DNA of 11,307 nucleotides from Thermodesulfovibrionales bacterium. Lineage in GTDB: Bacteria > Nitrospirota > Thermodesulfovibrionia > Thermodesulfovibrionales > UBA9159. Below, in pieces: positions 7,396 to 11,307 of the stretch. A program made the translations under genes and the position numbers. Where the stretch lies: positions 1-11,307 of the forward strand of contig JBKBUB010000022.1 in NCBI GenBank assembly GCA_046290925.1. The letters are read 5' to 3'. The notes beneath the pieces are model-generated. The model did not search any database. It had not been told where the DNA came from and worked only from the letters and a program-made list of their open reading frames with translations. Each line of letters begins with the position of its first letter. Positions within the stretch are counted from its first letter, which is position 1.

Positions 7396-7991
7396 TGTTC
7401 TTTATTACCTCCCATCCCTTCAGGTAACCCACAGACACCTTTACATGACTTCAGAAGCGGCTGTGACAGCTTTTTCCTGAGAAAAGAAACCTGCAGAAAA
7501 GCTATAGCTCCTGATAAAAAGAGGTTGAGATTGTGGCTTCCAAATCCGAATATGTTTGGTATTATAGCAAAGGGATAGAGGAGGAGTAATAGCCATCCCT
7601 CAATGAATCCAAAGCAATAGGCCTCCTTTCCAATCAGACCGGCGCCGCCGACGAGAATAAAAGCGAGCCCCAGGCAGAAGATATTCGTTCTGTAGTCGGA
7701 GATAAAAAAACTTAATACCTGAATTGCGATGCCTGAAAAGGTCATTATAAGGATAAACCTTTTTATCTCCTTCTTCCATACAAGCAAGAAGAGCGATGAA
7801 AGGGTGATACCTGCCTCAAAGATTAGAAGTGGTATGATAGAGAAACCTGACTTGAGAAAATAGAGAAGAAAAAAACCTGTGGCACCGATGCTCTGAAGGA
7901 TGTAACCTATCCTGTAGGTAATGTCATAAGACCTTGGGTAATGTATACCTGCGGCCTCTATCTGCTCCTCTAATGTCGGCCATTCCTCCAT
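7392..7991 (-). CDS. Hypothetical polytopic inner-membrane protein (~5 predicted TM helices) with a C-terminal Cys-containing tail (SCKGVCGLPEG). No family recognised.
   Basis: 199 aa ORF. Hydrophobic segments alternate with short loops, e.g. GATGFFLLYFL, IIPLLIFEAGITLSSLFLLVW, FILIMTFSGIAIQVLSFFI, IFCLGLAFILVGGAGLIG and GWLLLLLYPFAIIPNIFGF. A GAGG Shine-Dalgarno sits upstream. The stop overlaps the rsmD start (ATGA), which points to a real co-transcribed gene. Confidence 0.55.
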   Translation of the reverse strand: MEEWPTLEEQIEAAGIHYPRSYDITYRIGYILQSIGATGFFLLYFLKSGFSIIPLLIFEAGITLSSLFLLVWKKEIKRFILIMTFSGIAIQVLSFFISDYRTNIFCLGLAFILVGGAGLIGKEAYCFGFIEGWLLLLLYPFAIIPNIFGFGSHNLNLFLSGAIAFLQVSFLRKKLSQPLLKSCKGVCGLPEGMGGNKEQ

Positions 7992-8044
7992 ATCCGCCTC
8001 AGAGGGAAATAACCAGAAAAAATGTATTTAAGATAATGCTGATG

Positions 8045-8070
8045 TTGCGAAAAAATCTATTTTTCGGCAA
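8045..8070. promoter_or_regulatory. AT-rich dyad symmetry (TTGCGAAAAAA-tctat-TTTTCGGCAA) spanning the purN stop codon in the purN / membrane-protein intergenic region
   Basis: RC of 8061-8070 is TTGCCGAAAA, which matches 8045-8055 with a 1-nt bulge. The 5-nt loop contains the purN TAG (RC 8057-8059). Outer arms TGATG (8040-8044) and CATCA (8077-8081) are placed asymmetrically. The stem is not GC-rich, so it looks more like an operator than an intrinsic terminator. Confidence 0.25.
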
Positions 8071-8725
8071 TATCCGCATCATTTGGATTAACGATATATT
8101 CATCCTTGAGCTTATATCCCTCAATCTTGACCTTCCTGCCCTCGATCTTCAGTTTCCCTTCGCTATAAAGCCTTATCGCCTCTGGGAATATCCTGTGTTC
8201 AAGCCTTAGAATCCTCTCAGAAAGCGTCTCTTCATTATCATCAGGAGAAACCGGGACAGCAGCCTGAATTATTATCGGTCCTGTGTCCATTCCCTCATCA
8301 ACAAAATGGACTGTACAACCACTTATCCTTACACCGTATTCAACAGCCTGCCTCTGTCCATGCAACCCTGGGAATGAGGGAAGAAGTGCAGGATGTATGT
8401 TCATTATTCTGTTCCGATAGACCTCTATTAGGGGTCTTCTTACGATCCTCATAAAGCCAGCGAGTATAACGAGTTCAACGTCTCTCTTCTTAAGTTCCTC
8501 TGAAATGACCGAGAAATACTCATCCTTTGTCCTGTAATCCTTCGGATTGAGATATATGTATTCAATTCCATGGTTTTCTGCCCTTTTGATCGCATAGGCC
8601 TCAGGATTGTCAACAATCAAGACTTTTATAACAGCCCTGAGGCGACCTGCCTCTATCTCATCGATTATAGCCTGGAAATTTGATCCCCTTCCAGATGCGA
8701 GTACACCAAGATTTAAAGTCTTCAT
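8057..8725 (-). CDS. purN: Phosphoribosylglycinamide formyltransferase (GAR transformylase) with a ~25 aa Lys-rich C-terminal extension
   Basis: 222 aa. The N-terminus is LGVLASGRGSNFQAII. The folate-binding/catalytic region reads IMNIHPALLPSFPGLH...GCTVHFVDEGMDTGPII (the N-H-D triad context). The extra tail is EGKLKIEGRKVKIEGYKLK. The ATG lies 3 nt after the upstream gene's stop. Confidence 0.9.
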   Translation of the reverse strand: MKTLNLGVLASGRGSNFQAIIDEIEAGRLRAVIKVLIVDNPEAYAIKRAENHGIEYIYLNPKDYRTKDEYFSVISEELKKRDVELVILAGFMRIVRRPLIEVYRNRIMNIHPALLPSFPGLHGQRQAVEYGVRISGCTVHFVDEGMDTGPIIIQAAVPVSPDDNEETLSERILRLEHRIFPEAIRLYSEGKLKIEGRKVKIEGYKLKDEYIVNPNDADIAEK

Positions 8726-8728
8726 CCT

Positions 8729-9676
8729 TTAAAGCCTGATTTCAATAAAGGCCCTCTCTCTAAGACTCCTGATCCAACCCCTATAGGCCTCATTGAATTT
8801 ATTCTCAAAGAGCTTTTTTCTGGCCATCTCTTTCATCTCATCCTGTGTCTTTGCCTCTATTTTCTCATCGAGCTTTATAATATGAAGTCCCTTATCAGTC
8901 CAGAAAGGTTCACTCACATCTCCTACATTCATCCTCGATAAAACATCGAGAAACTCCCTGCTTAAGAGTTCTTTGTTTATCATACCGAGTTCTCCACCAG
9001 TCTTAGCAGAAGGATCCTCAGATAATGAAAAGGCAACAGCAGAGAATTCCTCACCTGCCCTTATCCTTGATAATGCCTCCTGGGCCTTTGCCATCATTGA
9101 ATCCCTATCCCTGTCCTTTGTCTTCTTAATCAAGATCTGTCTGATTCTGTAAGATGAGCCCTTGTTTTTCGAGATATAATCATTTATCTCCTCTTCTGAG
9201 ACAATGATCTTACTCCTGACCTGCTGATTAACCACCTTACTTAAGGTTATCTGCTCTGCAAGCCTTTTTCTGTATTCATCAATATTCATGCCTTCTGCCT
9301 TTAAAGATTCATTAAAGTCTTTATCAGAGAGGTTATACTTCTTCTTAATGCCTTCAATCGCCTCGTTGACCTCTTCACTACTGACCGATATGTCGAGTTT
9401 TTTAGCAGCCTGTAACTGTAATCTTCTGTCTATAAGCGTCTCGAGGAATTTAGCCTCATTATCTTTAAAAAATCTTTTCTTATCAGCTTCATTGACATTT
9501 CTAAAATCCATGCCTGATTCAAATTCCATAGCCCTGTATAACTCGCTCCAGGTTATAACCTCCTTATCGACAACGGCAACGACTCTATCGAGAAGAAAAG
9601 GCATGGTTGTAGCCATTGAAAGGGTGGTAAAAGAGATGACAAATAATAAAACCAAAAGAATAACCTTAATTCTCAT
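8729..9676 (-). CDS. SurA-like periplasmic chaperone / parvulin-type peptidyl-prolyl cis-trans isomerase: signal peptide, SurA N-terminal domain and a single PpiC domain
   Basis: 315 aa. N-terminal signal peptide is MRIKVILLVLLFVISFTTLSMA. The SurA_N-like region follows (LLDRVVAVVDKEVITWSELY...). The rotamase domain is YRIRQILIK...AFSLSEDPSAKTGGELGMI...VGDVSEPFWTDKGLHIIKL. Confidence 0.8.
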   Translation of the reverse strand: MRIKVILLVLLFVISFTTLSMATTMPFLLDRVVAVVDKEVITWSELYRAMEFESGMDFRNVNEADKKRFFKDNEAKFLETLIDRRLQLQAAKKLDISVSSEEVNEAIEGIKKKYNLSDKDFNESLKAEGMNIDEYRKRLAEQITLSKVVNQQVRSKIIVSEEEINDYISKNKGSSYRIRQILIKKTKDRDRDSMMAKAQEALSRIRAGEEFSAVAFSLSEDPSAKTGGELGMINKELLSREFLDVLSRMNVGDVSEPFWTDKGLHIIKLDEKIEAKTQDEMKEMARKKLFENKFNEAYRGWIRSLRERAFIEIRL

Positions 9677-9719
9677 GTCAGATAATTATAAATAAGGTAT
9701 TTCAAATAAGGCAAGGAGA

Positions 9720-11105
9720 TTAATGGCCTGTCATCTTTTTTGGGTCGAGCAAATCCTCTACTTCCTCTGCAGTCAATATCCCCATTTCGACCACAATATC
9801 TTTTATACTCTTCTGTTCTCTTATGGCCTTTTTCACTACCTCCGCAGCTTTTTCATAACCTATCAAAGGGTTGAGAACCGTTGCCAATATGGGATTTCTC
9901 TCAACCAGTTCACGGAGTCTCCCGATGTTAACCTCCATACCTTCGATAGCCTTTTCAGCAAGCAACAGAGAAACATTACCAAGTATCGTTATTGACTGAA
10001 GGATATTATGGGCAATAACGGGGAGCATTACATTCAATTGAAAATCTCCGAGGGAATTGGCAATTGTTATCACAAGGTCATTACCCATGACCTGGGCAGA
10101 GACCATCCTGACAGCCTCAGGTATGACAGGGTTAACCTTTCCAGGCATTATAGATGAACCAGGTTGAAGGGAAGGTAGTCTTATCTCGGAAAGTCCTGAT
10201 ATAGGGCCGCTGTTCATCCATCTCAGGTCATTTGCGATCTTCATAAGTGAAGAGGCAAGGGTCTTCAACTGTCCTGAAAGCTCCAGTATGCTATCCTGTG
10301 ATGATTGGGCCTCGAAATGATTCTCCGTCTCTCTAAAATCTATACCTGTTCTTTCAGAAATCACAGCCGCCACCTTCCTGCCAAAATCGGGGTGTGTGTT
10401 TATCCCTGTTCCGACAGCAGTGCCTCCTATGGCAAGCAGTGAAAGGCGAGGAAGTACCGATTCAACCCTTTTTATAGATGATGATATCTGGGCTGCCCAT
10501 CCTGACATCTCCTGTCCCAGGGTAATGGGCATTGCATCCATAAGATGCGTCCTTCCTGTTTTTACAACATCCCGATAAATTCGGCACTTTCTATCGATTG
10601 TTGAACGCAGTTTGTCAAGGTTTGGCAGTAGTAATCTTTTAACCTGAATACTGGCTGAAACATGGATAGCTGATGGTATAACATCGTTAGATGACTGGCC
10701 CATGTTGACATGGTCATTTGGGTGAACTGGACTTTTTGAATTCTTCTGTCCTGTGAGTATCTCATTTGCCCTGGTTGCTATAACCTCATTGGCATTCATA
10801 TTAGTTGAAGTTCCTGAACCAGTCTGGAAAATGTCGATAGGAAACTGGTCATTCAAATCTCCTTTGATCACCTCTTCCGAGGCCTTTACAATTGCATCGG
10901 CTAAATCCGGCTTGAGGAGACCCAGAGACCTGTTTACCTCCGCGCAGGCAAGCTTTATATAACCAAGGGATGATATAAAGACTGGAGGGAATCTCAAACC
11001 GCTTACCGGAAAATTCTCGATAGCCCTCTGGGTTTGAGCACCCCAGTAGGCTTCCTTCTGCACCTTTACCTCTCCAAGCGAGTCCCTCTCTATCCTATAA
11101 TCCAT
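9720..11105 (-). CDS. fumC: Class II fumarate hydratase (fumarase C) of the aspartase/fumarase superfamily; aspartate ammonia-lyase is not fully excluded
   Basis: 461 aa. Motifs YWGAQTQRAIENF, FQTGSGTSTNMNANEV, HPNDHVNMGQSSNDV, KTGRTHLMDAMPITLGQEMSGW and GGTAVGTGINTHPDF match the FumC forms (WGAQTQR, QTGSGT, NTHP His) over the AspA forms (YYGVHT, QGGAGT, NTPKEY). The SS-loop GSSIMPGKVNP is shared by both; the following VIPEAV resembles AspA. There is no Shine-Dalgarno; a TAATAT box sits 6 nt upstream of the ATG. Confidence 0.75.
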   Translation of the reverse strand: MDYRIERDSLGEVKVQKEAYWGAQTQRAIENFPVSGLRFPPVFISSLGYIKLACAEVNRSLGLLKPDLADAIVKASEEVIKGDLNDQFPIDIFQTGSGTSTNMNANEVIATRANEILTGQKNSKSPVHPNDHVNMGQSSNDVIPSAIHVSASIQVKRLLLPNLDKLRSTIDRKCRIYRDVVKTGRTHLMDAMPITLGQEMSGWAAQISSSIKRVESVLPRLSLLAIGGTAVGTGINTHPDFGRKVAAVISERTGIDFRETENHFEAQSSQDSILELSGQLKTLASSLMKIANDLRWMNSGPISGLSEIRLPSLQPGSSIMPGKVNPVIPEAVRMVSAQVMGNDLVITIANSLGDFQLNVMLPVIAHNILQSITILGNVSLLLAEKAIEGMEVNIGRLRELVERNPILATVLNPLIGYEKAAEVVKKAIREQKSIKDIVVEMGILTAEEVEDLLDPKKMTGH

Positions 11106-11133
11106 GCATAAATATTACATTATTTCTGCAAAA

Positions 11134-11307
11134 GAATAAACCTTAACGTTGCAGTAATGAAGTGGATATTTGACCCATTCACCTATTCACCCCTACATTG
11201 GTGAAGTGGTGAAGTGGCCTATTCACCTATTCACTCATTCACCCATTCACCCATTCACCTATTCATTTGAGGCACGCCAGCCTCCAAATTTATGCAACTG
11301 GTGGGTA
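11134..11307 (-). repeat. Intergenic repeat element, copy C: inverted relative to copy B, with an expanded and partly inverted octamer array. It runs to the window edge.
   Basis: RC of 11268-11307 is TACCCACCAGTTGCATAAATTTGGAGGCTGGCGTGCCTCA, which matches the head at 1682-1720 at 35 of 38 positions. RC of 11134-11171 is AAATATCCACTTCATTACTGCAACGTTAAGGTTTATTC, which is tail-like and conserves AATATC and TGCAACGTT. The units between them are cATTCACC and tATTCACC; at 11200-11215 an inverted pair GGTGAAGT GGTGAAGT; then tATTCACC, tATTCACt, cATTCACC x3 and tATTCAtt. Confidence 0.8.
11176..11267. repeat. Tandem 8-bp repeat array (YATTCACC core, about 10 units including an internal inverted pair) inside copy C
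   Basis: Read directly. 11176 cattcacc tattcacc. 11192 cctacatt, degenerate. 11200 ggtgaagt ggtgaagt, inverted. 11216 ggcc. 11220 tattcacc tattcact cattcacc cattcacc cattcacc tattcatt. The inverted units can pair with the two upstream direct units as a hairpin (TTCACCtaTTCACC / GGTGAAgtGGTGAA). Confidence 0.85.

Noticed and set aside
8038-8081. Intrinsic terminator after purN
   Set aside because: The stem is A/T-rich with a bulge and is not followed by a U-tract on the transcribed (minus) strand. It is reported only as a dyad or operator candidate.
9711-9995. Strong AAGGAG Shine-Dalgarno plus ATG at 9723 on the plus strand, opening a 90-aa ORF (MACHLFWVEQ...)
   Set aside because: It lies entirely antisense to the well-conserved C-terminus of the fumC-like gene. 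Its composition (F/Y/H/C-rich) is typical of antisense translation of a real gene. The AAGGAG lies antisense to the fumC TAA stop and just inside the fumC-surA intergenic spacer.
146-10962. Further ORFs in the six-frame track, antisense to or frame-shifted within real genes: 146-367+, 932-1144+, 2066-2260+, 2416-2637+, 2695-2949+, 2953-3342+, 3792-4088-, 4209-4553-, 4352-4543-, 5197-5445-, 5562-5879+, 6607-6882+, 6765-6950+, 7934-8209+, 9288-9695+, 10396-10578+, 10562-10765-, 10753-10962+
   Set aside because: Each is fully embedded in, or antisense to, a gene with strong family-level motif support. They lack Shine-Dalgarno sites and have low-complexity S/L/P/T-rich products typical of spurious frames.
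11176-11267. Short regularly spaced repeats considered as a possible CRISPR array
   Set aside because: The units are 8 bp, directly tandem with no spacers, and not 24-48 bp repeats with unique spacers. No cas genes are present. Not CRISPR.

Overview
This 11.3 kb window looks like an AT-rich bacterial chromosomal core region with 11 densely packed housekeeping genes. The minus strand carries guaA (GMP synthase), guaB (IMP dehydrogenase), and then a seven-gene co-directional block running 11105 -> 5426: fumC-like class II fumarase, a SurA-like parvulin PPIase, purN, a small polytopic membrane protein of unknown function, rsmD, coaD and an SPFH/prohibitin-family protein. The plus strand carries a translationally coupled pair, an Amidohydrolase_2-family TIM-barrel hydrolase followed by rarA. 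Nothing in the window looks like a defence system, a mobile-element protein or a CRISPR array. The only accessory-like feature is a family of short intergenic repeat elements, seen as one full copy, one inverted full copy and one truncated copy. Each has a conserved ~38 bp head and ~37 bp tail that are imperfect inverted repeats of each other, flanking a variable tandem array of 8-bp units with the core TTCACC. These elements fill every intergenic space around guaA, guaB and the fumC-like gene, and they split the usual guaB-guaA operon junction. I could not place them in any named repeat family. Other small points are two possible leaderless starts, an AT-rich dyad over the purN stop, overlapping gene junctions and a KIEG-repeat C-terminal tail on PurN. 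All protein calls rest on motifs recognised by eye, not on searches.
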